The position numbers were made by a program, and so were the translations under genes. The notes beneath the pieces were generated by a model. It saw only the letters and a list, made by a program, of their open reading frames with translations. It did no database searches and was not told the origin of the DNA. This document shows, one piece after another, positions 27,301-42,300 of a DNA stretch of 64,000 nucleotides; the stretch's first letter is position 1; each line of letters starts with the position of its first letter. This stretch comes from Eledone cirrhosa. Its lineage: Eukaryota. The stretch is taken from assembly GCA_964016885.1 (NCBI GenBank), contig OZ024741.1:11346001-11410000 (forward strand), given 5' to 3'.

Positions 27301-30300
27301 ATTGTGGTTGGTACACTGGAAGTAGTTAGTAGGTTAGACATGTAGTAGTGGCACCGACTATGGTTGGTACACTAGGAGAAGTGAGTAGGTTAGACATGTA
27401 GTAGTGGTACCGATTGTGGTTGGTACACTGGAAGTAGTTAGTAGGTTAGACCTGTAGTAGTGGTACACTGGGAGTAGTTTGTAGGTTAGACATGTAGTAG
27501 TGGTACCGACTGTGGTTGGTACACTGGGAGTAGTTAGTAGGTTAGACATGTAGTAGTGGTACCCACTGTGGTTGGTGTATTGGGAGTAGTTATTAGTTTA
27601 GACATGTAATAGTGGTACCCACTGTGGTTGGTGTACTGGGAGTAGTTAGTAGGTTAGACATGTAGTAGTGGTACCGACTGAGGTTGGTGTACTGGGAGTA
27701 GTTATTAGTAGGTTAGACATGTAGTAGTGGTACCGACTGTGGTTGGTGTACTGGGAGTAGTTAGTAGGTTAGACATGTAGTAGTGGTAACGACTGTGGTT
27801 GGTGTACTGGGAGTAGTTAGTAGGTTAGACATGTAATAGTGGTACCGACTATGGTTGGTACACTAGGAGTAGTTAGTAGGTTAGACATGTAGTAGTGGTA
27901 CCGACTGTGTTTGGTACACTGGAAGTAGTTAGTAGGTTAGACATGTAGTAGTGGTAAGGACTGTGCTTGGTACACTGGGAGTAGTTAGTAGGTTAGACAT
28001 GTAATAGTGGTACCGACTATGGTTGGTACACTAGGAGTAGTTAGTAGGTTAGACATGTAGTAGTGGTACCGACTATGGTTGGTACACTAGGAGAAGTTAG
28101 TAGGTTAGACATGTAGTAGTGGTACCGACTGTGGTTGGTACACTGGAAGTAGTTAGTAGGTTAGACCTGTAGTAGTGGTACCGACTGTGGTTGGTACACT
28201 GGGAGTAGTTAGTAGGTTAGACATGTAGTAGTGGTACCGACTGTGGTTGGTGTACTGGGAGTTGTTAGTCGGTTAGACATGTAGTAGTGGTACCGACTTT
28301 GGTTGGTACACTGGGAGTAGTTATTAGTAGGTTAGACATGTAGAAGTGGTACCGACTGTGGTTGGTGTACTGGGAGTAGTTAGTAGGTTAGACATGTAGT
28401 AGTGGTACCAACTGTGGTTGGTGTACTGGGAGTAGTTAGTAGCTTAGACATGTAGTAGTGGTACCGACTGTGGTTGGTGTACTGGGAGTAGTTAGTAGGT
28501 TAGACATGTAGAAGTGGTACCGACTGTGGTTGGTGTACTGGGAGTAGTTAGTAGGTTAGACATGTAGAAGTGGTACCGACTGTGGTTGGTGTACTGGGAG
28601 TAGCTAGGAGGTTAGACATGTAGAAGTGGTACCGACTGTGGTTGGTGTACTGGGAGTAGCTAGTAGATTAGACATGTAGTAGTGGTACCCACTGTGGTTG
28701 GTGTACTGGGAGTAGTTAGTAGGTTAGACATGTAGAAGTGGTACCGACTGTGGTTGGTGTACTGGGAGTAGCTAGTAGGTTAGACATGTAGTAGTGGTAC
28801 CGACTGTGGTTAGTGTACTGGGAGTAGTTAGTAGGTTAGACATGTAGAAATGGTACCGACTGTGGTTGGTACACTGGGAGTAGTTAGTAGGTTAGACATG
28901 TAGCAGTGGTACCGACTGTGGTTGGTACACTGGGAGTAGTTATTAGTAGGTTAGACATGTAGTAGTGGTACCGACTGTGGTTAGTGTACTGGGAGTAGTT
29001 AGTAGGTTAGACATGTAGAAGTGGTACCGACTGTGGTTGGTGTACTGGGAGTAGTTAGTAGGTTAGACATGTAGTAGTGGTACCGACTGTGGTTGGTACA
29101 CTAGGAGTAGTTAGTAGGTTAGACATGTAGTAGTGGTACCGACTGTGGTTGGTGTACTGGGAGTAGTTTTTAGGTTAGACATGTAGTAGTGGTACCAACA
29201 GTGGTTGGTGTACTGGGAGTAGTTAGTAGGTTAGACATTTAGTAGTGGTACCGACTGTGGTTGGTACACTAGGAGTAGTTAGTAGGTTAGACATGTAGTA
29301 GTGGTACCGACTGTAGTTGGTACACTGGGAGTAGTTAGTAGGTTAGACATGTAGTAGTGGTACCGACTGTGGTTGGTACACTAGTAGTAGTTAGTAGGTT
29401 AGACATGTAGTAGTGGTACCGACTGTGGTTGGTACACTGGGAGTAGTTAGTAGGTTAGACATGTAGTAGTGGTTTCGACTGTGGTTGGTGTACTGGGAGT
29501 AGTTAGTAGGTTAGACATGTAGTAGTGGTACCGACTGTGGTTGGTACACTGGGAGTAGTTAGTAGGTTAGACATGTAGTAGTGGTACCGACTGTGGTTGG
29601 TGTACTGGGAGTAGTTAGTAGGTTAGACCTGTAGTAGTGGTACCGACTGTGGTTAGTGTACTGGGAGTAGTTAGTAGGTTAGACATGTAGAAGTGGTACC
29701 GACTGTGGTTGGTGTACTGGGAGTAGTTAGTAGGTTAGACATGTAGTAGTGGTACAAACTGTGGTGTTAGTACACTAGAAGTAGTTAGTAGGTTAGACAT
29801 GTAGTAGTGGTACCAACTGTGGTGTTAGTACACTAGGAGTAGTTAGTAGGTTAGACATGTAATAGTGGTACCGACTGTGGTTGGTACACTGGGAGTAGTT
29901 AGTAGGTTAGACATGTAGTAGTGGTACCAACTGTGGTTGGTACACTAGGAGTAGTTAGTAGGATAGACATGTAGTTGTGGTACCAACTGTGGTTGGTACA
30001 CTAGGAGTAGTTAGTAGGTTAGACATGTAATAGTGGTACCGACTGTGGTTGGTACACTGGGAGTAGTTAGTAGGTTAGACATGTAGTAGTGGTACCAACT
30101 GTGGTTGGTACACTGGGAGTAGTTAGTAGGTTAGACATGTAGTGGTGGTACCGACTGTGGTTGGTACACTGGGAGTAGTTAGTAGGTTAGACATGTAGTA
30201 GTGGTACCAACTGTGGTTGGTACACTGGTAGTAGTTAGTAGGTTAGACATGTAGTAGTGGTACCAACTGTGGTTGGTACACTGGGTGTAGTTAGTAGGTT

Positions 30301-33300
30301 AGACATGTAGTAGTGGTAACAACTGTGGTTGGTACACTAGGAGTAGTTAGTAGGTTAGACATGTAGTAGTGGTACCGACTGTGGTTGGTGTACTGGGAGT
30401 AGTTAGTAGGTTAGACATGTAGTAGTGGTAACGACTGTGGTTGGTGTACTGGGAGTAGTTAGTAGGTTAGACATGTAATAGTGGTACCGACTATGGTTGG
30501 TACACTAGGAGTAGTTAGTAGGTTAGACATGTAGTAGTGGTACCGACTGAGGGTGGTGTACTGGGAGTAGTTATTAGTAGGTTAGACATGTAGTAGTGGT
30601 ACCGACTGTGGTTGGTGTACTGGGAGTAGTTATTAGGTTAGACATGTAGTAGTGGTACAGACTGTGGTTGGTGTACTGGCAATAGTTAGCAGGTTAGACA
30701 TGTAGTAGTGGTACCAATTGTGGTTGGTACACTGGGAGTAGTTAGTAGGTTAGACATGTAGTAGTGGTACCGACTGTGGTTGGTACACTGGGAGTAGTTA
30801 GTAGGTTAGACATGTAGTAGTGGTTTCGACTGTGGTTGGTGTACTGGGAGTAGTTAGTAGGTTAGACATGTAGTAGTGGTACCGACTGTGGTTGGTACAC
30901 TGGGAGTAGTTAGTAGGTTAGACATGTAGTAGTGGTTTCGACTGTGGTTGGTGTACTGGGAGTAGTTAGTAGGTTAGACATGTAGTAGTGGTACCGACTG
31001 TGGTTGGTACACTGGGAGTAGTTAGTAGGTTAGACATGTAGTAGTGGTACCGACTGTGGTTGGTGTACTGGGAGTAGTTAGTAGGTTAGACATGTAGTAG
31101 TGGTACCAATTGTGGTTGGTACACTGGAAGTAGTAAGTATGTTAGACCTGTAGTAGTGGTACCGACTGTGGTTGGTGTACTGGGAGTAGTTAGTAGGTTA
31201 GACATGTAGTAGTGGTACCGACTGTGGTTGGTACACTGGAAGTAGTTAGTAGGTTAGACATGTAGTAGTGGCACCGACTATGGTTGGTACACTAGAAGAA
31301 GTGAGTAGGTTAGACATGTAGTAGTGGTACCGATTGTGGTTGGTACACTGGAAGTAGTTAGTAGGTTAGACCTGTAGTAGTGGTACACTGGGAGTAGTTT
31401 GTAGGTTAGACATGTAGTAGTGGTACCGACTGTGGTTGGTACACTGGGAGTAGTTAGTAGGTTAGACATGTAGTAGTGGTACCCACTGTGGTTGGTGTAT
31501 TGGGAGTAGTTATTAGTTTAGACATGTAATAGTGGTACCCACTGTGGTTGGTGTACTGGGAGTAGTTAGTAGGTTAGACATGTAAAAGTGGTACCGACTG
31601 TGGTTGGTACACTGGGAGTAGTTTGTAGGTTAGACATGTAGTAGTGGTACCGACTGAGGTTGGTGTACTGGGAGTAGTTATTAGTAGGTTAGACATGTAG
31701 TAGTGGTACCGACTGTGGTTGGTGTACTGGGAGTAGTTATTAGGTTAGACATGTAGAAGTGGTACCGACTGTGGTTGGTACACTGGGAGTAGTTAGTAGG
31801 TTAGACATGTAGTAGTGGTACCCACTGTGGTTGGTGTACTGGGAGTAGTTAGTAGGTTAGACATGTAGTAGTGGTACCGACTGTGGTTGGTACACTGGGA
31901 GTAGTTAGTAGGTTAGACATGTAGTAGTGGTACCAACTGAGGTTGGTGTACTGGGAGTAGTTATTAGTAGGTTAGACATGTAGTAGTGGTACCGACTGTG
32001 GTTGGTGTACTGGGAGTAGTTAGTAGGTTAGACATGTAGTAGTGGTAACGACTGTGGTTGGTGTACTGGGAGTAGTTAGTAGGTTAGACATGTAATAGTG
32101 GTACCGACTATGGTTGGTACACTAGGAGTAGTTAGTAGGTTAGACATGTAGTAGTGGTACCGACTGTGGTTGGTACACTGGGAGTAGTTTTTAGGTTAGA
32201 CATGTAGTAGTGGTACCAACAGTGGTTGGTGTACTGGGAGTAGTTAGTAGGTTAGACATGTAGTAGTGGTACCGACTGTGGTTGGTACACTAGGAGTAGT
32301 TAGTAGGTTAGACATGTAGTAGTGGTACCGACTGTAGTTGGTACACTGGGAGTAGTTAGTAGGTTAGACATGTAGTAGTGGTACCGACTGTGGTTGGTAC
32401 ACTACTAGTAGTTAGTAGGTTAGACATGTAGTAGTGGTACCGACTGTGGTTGGTGTACTGGGAGTAGTTATTAGTAGGTTAGACATGTAGTAGTGGTACA
32501 GACTGTGGTTGGTGTACTGGCAATAGTTAGCAGGTTAGACATGTAGTAGTGGTACCAATTGTGGTTGGTACACTGGCAATAGTTAGCAGGTTAGACATGT
32601 AGTAGTGGTACCAATTGTGGTTGGTACACTGGGAGTAGTTAGTAGGTTAGACATGTTGTAGTGGTTTCGACTGTGGTTGGTGTACTGGGAGTAGTTAGTA
32701 GGTTAGACATGTAGTAGTGGTACCGACTGTGGTTGATACACTGGGAGTAGTTAGTAGGTTAGACATGTAGTAGTGGTTTCGACTGTGGTTGGTGTACTGG
32801 GAGTAGTTAGTAGGTTAGACATGTAGTAGTGGTACCGACTGTGGTTGGTACACTGGGAGTAGTTAGTAGGTTAGACATGTAGTAGTGGTTTCGACTGTGG
32901 TTGGTGTACTGGGAGTAGTTAGTAGGTTAGACATGTAGTAGTGGTACCGACTGTGGTTGGTACACTGGGAGTAGTTAGTAGGTTAGACATGTAGTAGTGG
33001 TACCGACTGTGGTTGGTGTACTGGGAGTAGTTAGTAGGTTAGACATGTAGTAGTGGTACCGACTGTGGTTGGTACACTGGAAGTAGTTAGTATGTTAGAC
33101 CTGTAGTAGTGGTACCGACTGTGGTTGGTGTACTGGGAGTAGTTAGTAGGTTAGACATGTAGTAGTGGTACCGACTGTGGTTGGAACACTGGAAGTAGTT
33201 AGTAGGTTAGACATGTAGTAGTGGCACCGACTATGGTTGGTACACTAGGAGAAGTGAGTAGGTTAGACATGTAGTAGTGGTACCGATTGTGGTTGGTACA

Positions 33301-36300
33301 CTGGAAGTAGTTAGTAGGTTAGACCTGTAGTAGTGGTACACTGGGAGTAGTTTGTAGGTTAGACATGTAGTAGTGGTACCGACTGTGGTTGGTACACTGG
33401 GAGTAGTTAGTAGGTTAGACATGTAGTAGTGGTACCGACTGTGGTTGGTGTATTGGGAGTAGTTATTAGTTTAGACATGTAATAGTGGTACCCACTGTGG
33501 TTGGTGTACTGGGAGTAGTTAGTAGGTTAGACATGTAAAAGTGGTACCAACTGTGGTTGGTACACTGGGAGTAGTTTGTAGGTTAGACATGTAGTAGTGG
33601 TACCGACTGAGGTTGGTGTACTGGGAGTAGTTATTAGTAGGTTAGACATGTAGTAGTGGTACCGACTGTGGTTGGTGTACTGGAAGTAGTTATTAGGTTA
33701 GACATGTAGAAGTGGTACCGACTGTGGTTGGTACACTGGGAGTAGTTAGTAGGTTAGACATGTAGTAGTGGTACCCACTGTGGTTGGTGTACTGGGAGTA
33801 GTTAGTAGGTTAGACATGTAGTAGTGGTACCGACTGTGGTTGGTACACTAGGAGTAGTTAGTAGGTTAGACATGTAGTAGTGGTACCAACTGAGGTTGGT
33901 GTACTGGGAGTAGTTATTAGTAGGTTAGACATGTAGTAGTGGTACCGACTGTGGTTGGTGTACTGGGAGTAGTTAGTACGTTAGACATGTAGTAGTGGTA
34001 ACGACTGTGGTTGGTGTACTGGGAGTAGTTAGTAGGTTAGACATGTAATAGTGGTACCGACTATGGTTGGTACACTAGGAGTAGTTAGTAGGTTAGACAT
34101 GTAGTAGTGGTACCGACTGTGGTTGGTACACTGGAAGTAGTTAGTAGGTTAGACATGTAGTAGTGGTAAGGACTGTGCTTGGTACACTGGGAGTAGTTAG
34201 TAGGTTAGACATGTAATAGTGGTACCGACTATGGTTGGTACACTAGGAGTAGTTAGTAGGTTAGACATGTAGTAGTGGTACCGACTATGGTTGGTACACT
34301 AGGAGAAGTTAGTAGGTTAGACATGAAGTAGTGGTACCGACTGTGGTTGGTACACTGGAAGTAGTTAGTAGGTTAGACCTGTAGTAGTGGTACCGACTGT
34401 GGTTGGTACACTGGGAGTAGTTAGTAGGTTAGACATGTAGTAGTGGTACCGACTGTGGTTGGTGTACTGGGAGTTGTTAGTCGGTTAGACATGTAGTAGT
34501 AGTACCGACTGTGGTTGGTACACTGGGAGTAGTTATTAGTAGGTTAGACATGTAGAAGTGGTACCGACTGTGGTTGGTGTACTGGGAGTAGTTAGTAGGT
34601 TAGACATGTAGTAGTGGTACCAACTGTGGTTGGTGTACTGGGAGTAGTTAGTAGCTTAGACATGTAGTAGTGGTACCGACTGTGGTTGGTGTACTGGGAG
34701 TAGTTTGTAGGTTAGACATGTAGTAGTGGTACCGACTGAGGTTGGTGTACTGGGAGTAGTTATTAGTAGGTTAGACATGTAGTAGTGGTACCGACTGTGG
34801 TTGGTGTACTGGGAGTAGTTATTAGGTTAGACATGTAGAAGTGGTACCGACTGTGGTTGGTACACTGGGAGTAGTTAGTAGGTTAGACATGTAGTAGTGG
34901 TACCCACTGTGGTTGGTGTACTGGGAGTAGTTAGTAGGTTAGACATGTAGTAGTGGTACCGACTGTGGTTGGTACACTGGGAGTAGTTAGTAGGTTAGAC
35001 ATGTAGTAGTGGTACCAACTGAGGTTGGTGTACTGGGAGTAGTTATTAGTAGGTTAGACATGTAGTAGTGGTACCGACTGTGGTTGGTGTACTGGGAGTA
35101 GTTAGTAGGTTAGACATGTAGTAGTGGTAACGACTGTGGTTGGTGTACTGGGAGTAGTTAGTAGGTTAGACATGTAATAGTGGTACCGACTATGGTTGGT
35201 ACACTAGGAGTAGTTAGTAGGTTAGACATGTAGTAGTGGTACCGACTGTGGTTGGTACACTGGGAGTAGTTTTTAGGTTAGACATGTAGTAGTGGTACCA
35301 ACAGTGGTTGGTGTACTGGGAGTAGTTAGTAGGTTAGACATGTAGTAGTGGTACCGACTGTGGTTGGTACACTAGGAGTAGTTAGTAGGTTAGACATGTA
35401 GTAGTGGTACCGACTGTAGTTGGTACACTGGGAGTAGTTAGTAGGTTAGACATGTAGTAGTGGTACCGACTGTGGTTGGTACACTACTAGTAGTTAGTAG
35501 GTTAGACATGTAGTAGTGGTACCGACTGTGGTTGGTGTACTGGGAGTAGTTATTAGTAGGTTAGACATGTAGTAGTGGTACAGACTGTGGTTGGTGTACT
35601 GGCAATAGTTAGCAGGTTAGACATGTAGTAGTGGTACCAATTGTGGTTGGTACACTGGGAGTAGTTAGTAGGTTAGACATGTTGTAGTGGTTTCGACTGT
35701 GGTTGGTGTACTGGGAGTAGTTAGTAGGTTAGACATGTAGTAGTGGTACCGACTGTGGTTGATACACTGGGAGTAGTTAGTAGGTTAGACATGTAGTAGT
35801 GGTTTCGACTGTGGTTGGTGTACTGGGAGTAGTTAGTAGGTTAGACATGTAGTAGTGGTACCGACTGTGGTTGGTACACTGGGAGTAGTTAGTAGGTTAG
35901 ACATGTAGTAGTGGTTTCGACTGTGGTTGGTGTACTGGGAGTAGTTAGTAGGTTAGACATGTAGTAGTGGTACCGACTGTGGTTGGTACACTGGGAGTAG
36001 TTAGTAGGTTAGACATGTAGTAGTGGTACCGACTGTGGTTGGTGTACTGGGAGTAGTTAGTAGGTTAGACATGTAGTAGTGGTACCGACTGTGGTTGGTA
36101 CACTGGAAGTAGTTAGTATGTTAGACCTGTAGTAGTGGTACCGACTGTGGTTGGTGTACTGGGAGTAGTTAGTAGGTTAGACATGTAGTAGTGGTACCGA
36201 CTGTGGTTGGAACACTGGAAGTAGTTAGTAGGTTAGACATGTAGTAGTGGCACCGACTATGGTTGGTACACTAGGAGAAGTGAGTAGGTTAGACATGTAG

Positions 36301-39300
36301 TAGTGGTACCGATTGTGGTTGGTACACTGGAAGTAGTTAGTAGGTTAGACCTGTAGTAGTGGTACACTGGGAGTAGTTTGTAGGTTAGACATGTAGTAGT
36401 GGTACCGACTGTGGTTGGTACACTGGGAGTAGTTAGTAGGTTAGACATGTAGTAGTGGTACCGACTGTGGTTGGTGTATTGGGAGTAGTTATTAGTTTAG
36501 ACATGTAATAGTGGTACCCACTGTGGTTGGTGTACTGGGAGTAGTTAGTAGGTTAGACATGTAAAAGTGGTACCAACTGTGGTTGGTACACTGGGAGTAG
36601 TTTGTAGGTTAGACATGTAGTAGTGGTACCGACTGAGGTTGGTGTACTGGGAGTAGTTATTAGTAGGTTAGACATGTAGTAGTGGTACCGACTGTGGTTG
36701 GTGTACTGGGAGTAGTTATTAGGTTAGACATGTAGAAGTGGTACCGACTGTGGTTGGTACACTGGGAGTAGTTAGTAGGTTAGACATGTAGTAGTGGTAC
36801 CCACTGTGGTTGGTGTACTGGGAGTAGTTAGTAGGTTAGACATGTAGTAGTGGTACCGACTGTGGTTGGTACACTAGGAGTAGTTAGTAGGTTAGACATG
36901 TAGTAGTGGTACCAACTGAGGTTGGTGTACTGGGAGTAGTTATTAGTAGGTTAGACATGTAGTAGTGGTACCGACTGTGGTTGGTGTACTGGGAGTAGTT
37001 AGTACGTTAGACATGTAGTAGTGGTAACGACTGTGGTTGGTGTACTGGGAGTAGTTAGTAGGTTAGACATGTAATAGTGGTACCGACTATGGTTGGTACA
37101 CTAGGAGTAGTTAGTAGGTTAGACATGTAGTAGTGGTACCGACTGTGGTTGGTACACTGGAAGTAGTTAGTAGGTTAGACATGTAGTAGTGGTAAGGACT
37201 GTGCTTGGTACACTGGGAGTAGTTAGTAGGTTAGACATGTAATAGTGGTACCGACTATGGTTGGTACACTAGGAGTAGTTAGTAGGTTAGACATGTAGTA
37301 GTGGTACCGACTATGGTTGGTACACTAGGAGAAGTTAGTAGGTTAGACATGAAGTAGTGGTACCGACTGTGGTTGGTACACTGGAAGTAGTTAGTAGGTT
37401 AGACCTGTAGTAGTGGTACCGACTGTGGTTGGTACACTGGGAGTAGTTAGTAGGTTAGACATGTAGTAGTGGTACCGACTGTGGTTGGTGTACTGGGAGT
37501 TGTTAGTCGGTTAGACATGTAGTAGTAGTACCGACTGTGGTTGGTACACTGGGAGTAGTTATTAGTAGGTTAGACATGTAGAAGTGGTACCGACTGTGGT
37601 TGGTGTACTGGGAGTAGTTAGTAGGTTAGACATGTAGTAGTGGTACCAACTGTGGTTGGTGTACTGGGAGTAGTTAGTAGCTTAGACATGTAGTAGTGGT
37701 ACCGACTGTGGTTGGTGTACTGGGAGTAGTTAGTAGGTTAGACATGTAGAAGTGGTACCGACTGTGGTTGGTGTACTGGGAGTAGTTAGTAGGTTAGACA
37801 TGTAGAAGTGGTACCGACTGTGGTTGGTGTACTGGGAGTAGCTAGTAGGTTAGACATGTAGAAGTGGTACCGACTGTGGTTGGTGTACTGGGAGTAGCTA
37901 GTAGATTAGACATGTAGTAGTAGTACCCACTGTGGTTGGTGTACTGGGAGTAGTTAGTAGGTTAGACATGTAGTAGCGGTACCGACTGTGGTTGGTGTAC
38001 TGGGAGTAGCTAGTAGGTTAGACATGTAGTAGTGGTACCGACTGTGGTTAGTGTACTGGGAGTAGTTAGTAGGTTAGACATGTAGAAATGGTACCGACTG
38101 TGGTTGGTACACTGGGAGTAGTTAGTAGGTTAGACATGTAGTAGTGGTACCGACTGTGGTTGGTACACTGGGAGTAGTTATTAGTAGGTTAGACATGTAG
38201 TAGTGGTACCGACTGTGGTTAGTGTACTGGGAGTAGTTAGTAGGTTAGACATGTAGAAGTGGTACCGACTGTGGTTGGTGTACTGGGAGTAGTTAGTAGG
38301 TTAGACATGTAGTAGTGGTACCGACTGTGGTTGGTACACTAGGAGTAGTTAGTAGGTTAGACATGTAGTAGTGGTACCGACTGTGGTTGGTACACTGGGA
38401 GTAGTTTTTAGGTTAGACATGTAGTAGTGGTACCAACAGTGGTTGGTGTACTGGGAGTAGTTAGTAGGTTAGACATGTAGTAGTGGTACCGACTGTGGTT
38501 GGTACACTAGGAGTAGTTAGTAGGTTAGACATGTAGTAGTGGTACCGACTGTGGTTGGTACACTAGTAGTAGTTAGTAGGTTAGACATGTAGTAGTGGTA
38601 CCGACTGTGGTTGGTGTACTGGGAGTAGTTATTAGTAGGTTAGACATGTAGTAGTGGTACAGACTGTGGTTGGTGTACTGGCAATAGTTAGCAGGTTAGA
38701 CATGTAGTAGTGGTACCAATTGTGGTTGGTACACTGGGAGTAGTTAGTAGGTTAGACATGTTGTAGTGGTACCGACTGTGGTTGGTACACTGGGAGTAGT
38801 TAGTAGGTTAGACATGTAGTAGTGGTTTCGACTGTGGTTGGTGTACTGGGAGTAGTTAGTAGGTTAGACATGTAGTAGTGGTACCGACTGTGGTTGGTAC
38901 ACTGGGAGTAGTTAGTAGGTTAGACATGTAGTAGTGGTTTCGACTGTGGTTGGTGTACTGGGAGTAGTTAGTAGGTTAGACATGTAGTAGTGGTACCGAC
39001 TGTGGTTGGTACACTGGGAGTAGTTAGTAGGTTAGACATGTAGTAGTGGTACCGACTGTGGTTGGTTTACTGGGAGTAGTTAGTAGGTTAGACATGTAGT
39101 AGTGGTACCGACTGTGGTTGGTACACTAGGAGTAGTTAGTAGGTTAGACATGTAGTAGTGGTACCGACTGTGGTTGGTGTACTGGGAGTAGTTAGTAGGT
39201 TAGACATGTAGTAGTGGTACCGACTGTGGTTGGTACACTGGAAGTAGTTAGTATGTTAGACCTGTAGTAGTGGTACCGACTGTGCTTGGTGTACTGGGAG

Positions 39301-42300
39301 TAGTTAGTAGGTTAGACATGTAGTAGTGGTACCGACTGTGGTTGGTACACTGGGAGTAGTTAGTAGGTTAGACATGTAGTAGTGGTACCGACTGTGGTTG
39401 GTGTACTGGGAGTAGTTAGTAGGTTAGACCTGTAGTAGTGGTACCGACTGTGGTTGGTGTACTGGGAGTAGTTAGTAGGTTAGACATGTAGTAGTGGTAC
39501 AAACTGTGGTTGGTACACTGGGAGTAGTTAGTAGGATAGACATGTAGTAGTGGTACCGACTGTAGTTGGTACACTGGGAGTAGTTAGTAGGTTAGACATG
39601 TAGTAGTGGTACCGACTGTGGTTGGTACACTAGTAGTAGTTAGTAGGTTAGACATGTAGTAGTGGTACCGACTGTGGTTGGTGTACTGGGAGTAGTTATT
39701 AGTAGGTTAGACATGTAGTAGTGGTACCGACTGTGGTTGGTGTACTGGGAGTAGTTAGTAGGTTAGACATGTAGTAGTGGTACCGACTGTGGTTGGTACA
39801 CTGGGAGTAGTTAGTAGGTTAGACATGTAGTAGTGGTACCAACTGTGGTTGGTACACTGGGAGTAGTTAGTAGGTTAGACATGTAGTAGTGGTACCAACT
39901 GTGGTTGGTACACTGGGAGTAGTTAGTAGGATAGACATGTAGTTGTGGTACCAACTGTGGTTGGTACACTAGGAGTAGTTAGTAGGTTAGACATGTAATA
40001 GTGGTACCGACTGTGGTTGGTACACTGGGAGTAGTTAGTAGGTTAGACATGTAGTAGTGGTACCAACTGTGGTTGGTACACTGGGAGTAGTTAGTAGGTT
40101 AGACATGTAGTGGTGGTACCGACTGTGGTTGGTACACTGGGAGTAGTTAGTAGGTTAGACATGTAGTAGTGGTACCAACTGTGGTTGGTACACTGGTAGT
40201 AGTTAGTAGGTTAGACATGTAGTAGTGGTACCAACTGTGGTTGTTACACTGGGTGTAGTCAGTAGGTTAGACATGTAGTAGTGGTACCGACTGTGGTTGG
40301 TACACTGGGAGTAGTTAGTAGGTTAGACATGTAGTAGTGGTACCAACTGTGGTTGGTACACTGGGAGTAGTTAGTAGGTTAGACATGTAGTAGTGGTACC
40401 GACTGAGGTTGGTGTACTGGGAGTAGTTAGTAGGTTAGACATGTAAAAGTGGTACCGACTGTGGTTGGTACACTGGGAGTAGTTAGTAGGTTAGACATGT
40501 AGTAGTGGTACCAACTGTGGTTGGTACACTAGGAGTAGTTAGTAGGTTAGACATGTAGTAGTGGTACCGACTGAGGGTGGTGTACTGGGAGTAGTTATTA
40601 GTAGGTTAGACATGTAGTAGTGGTACCGACTGTGGTTGGTGTACTGGGAGTAGTTATTAGGTTAGACATGTAGTAGTGGTACCCACTGTGGTTGGTGTAC
40701 TGGGAGTAGTTAGTAGGTTAGACATGTAGAAGTGGTACCGACTGTGGTTGGTACACTGGGAGTAGTTAGTAGGTTAGACATGTAGTAGTGGTAACAACTG
40801 TGGTTGGTACACTAGGAGTAGTTAGTAGGTTAGACATGTAGTAGTGGTACCGACTGAGGTTGGTGTACTGGGAGTAGTTATTAGTAGGTTAGACATGTAG
40901 TAGTGGTACCGACTGTGGTTCGTGTACTGGGAGTAGTTAGTAGGTTAGACATGTAGTAGTGGTAACGACTGTGGTTGGTGTACTGGGAGTTGTTAGTAGT
41001 TTAGACATGTAATAGTGGTACCGACTATGGTTGGTACACTAGGAGTAGTTAGTAGGTTAGACATGTAGTAGTGGTACCGACTGTGGTTCGTGTACTGGGA
41101 GTAGTTAGTAGTTTAGACATGTAATAGTGGTACCGACTATGGTTGGTACACTAGGAGTAGTTAGTAGGTTAGACATGTAGTAGTGGTACCGACTATGGTT
41201 GGTACACTAGGAGAAGTTAGTAGGTTAGACATGTAGTAGTGGTACCGACTGTGGTTGGTACACTGGAAGTAGTTAGTAGGTTAGACCTGTAGTAGTGGTA
41301 CCGACTGTGGTTGGTACACTGGGAGTAGTTAGTAGGTTAGACATGTAGTAGTGGTACCGACTGTGGTTGGTGTACTGGGAGTTGTTAGTCGGTTAGACAT
41401 GTAGTAGTGGTACCGACTGTGGTTGGTACACTGGGAGTAGTTATTAGTAGGTTAGACATGTAGAAGTGGTACCGACTGTGGTTGGTGTACTGGGAGTAGT
41501 TAGTAGGTTAGACATGTAGTAGTGGTACCAACTGTGGTTGGTGTACTGGGAGTAGTTAGTGGGTTAGACATGTAGTAGTGGTACCGACTGTGGTTGGTGT
41601 ACTGGGAGTAGTTAGTAGGATAGACATGTAGAAGTGGTACCAACTGTGGTTGGTGTACTGGGAGTAGTTAGTAGCTTAGACATGTAGTGGTGGTACCCAC
41701 TGTGGTTGGTGTACTGGGAGTAGTTAGTAGGTTAGACATGTAGTAGTGGTACCGACTGTGGTTAGTGTACTGGGAGTAGTTAGTAGGTTAGACATGTAGA
41801 AGTGCTACCGACTGTGGTTGGTACACTGGGAGTAGTTAGTAGGTTAGACATGTAGTAGTGGTACCGACTGTGGTTGGTACACTGGGAGTAGTTATTAGTA
41901 GGTTAGACATGTAGTAGTGGTACCGACTGTGGTTAGTGTACTGGGAGTAGTTAGTAGGTTAGACATGTAGAAGTGGTACCGACTGTGGTTGGTGTACTGG
42001 GAGTAGTTAGTAGGTTAGACATGTAGTAGTGGTACCGACTGTGGTTGGTACACTAGGAGTAGTTAGTAGGTTAGACATGTAGTAGTGGTACCGACTGTGG
42101 TTGGTACACTGGGAGTAGTTTTTAGGTTAGACATGTAGTAGTGGTACCAACAGTGGTTGGTGTACTGGGAGTAGTTAGTAGGTTAGACATGTAGTAGTGG
42201 TACCGACTGTGGTTGGTACACTAGGAGTAGTTAGTAGGTTAGACATGTAGTAGTGGTACCGACTGTAGTTGGTACACTGGGAGTAGTTAGTAGGTTAGAC

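Noticed and set aside
27358-36448. Four identical 63-aa minus-strand ORFs as a gene family
   Set aside because: They arise from the 40-bp deletion monomer shifting frame within duplicated satellite blocks
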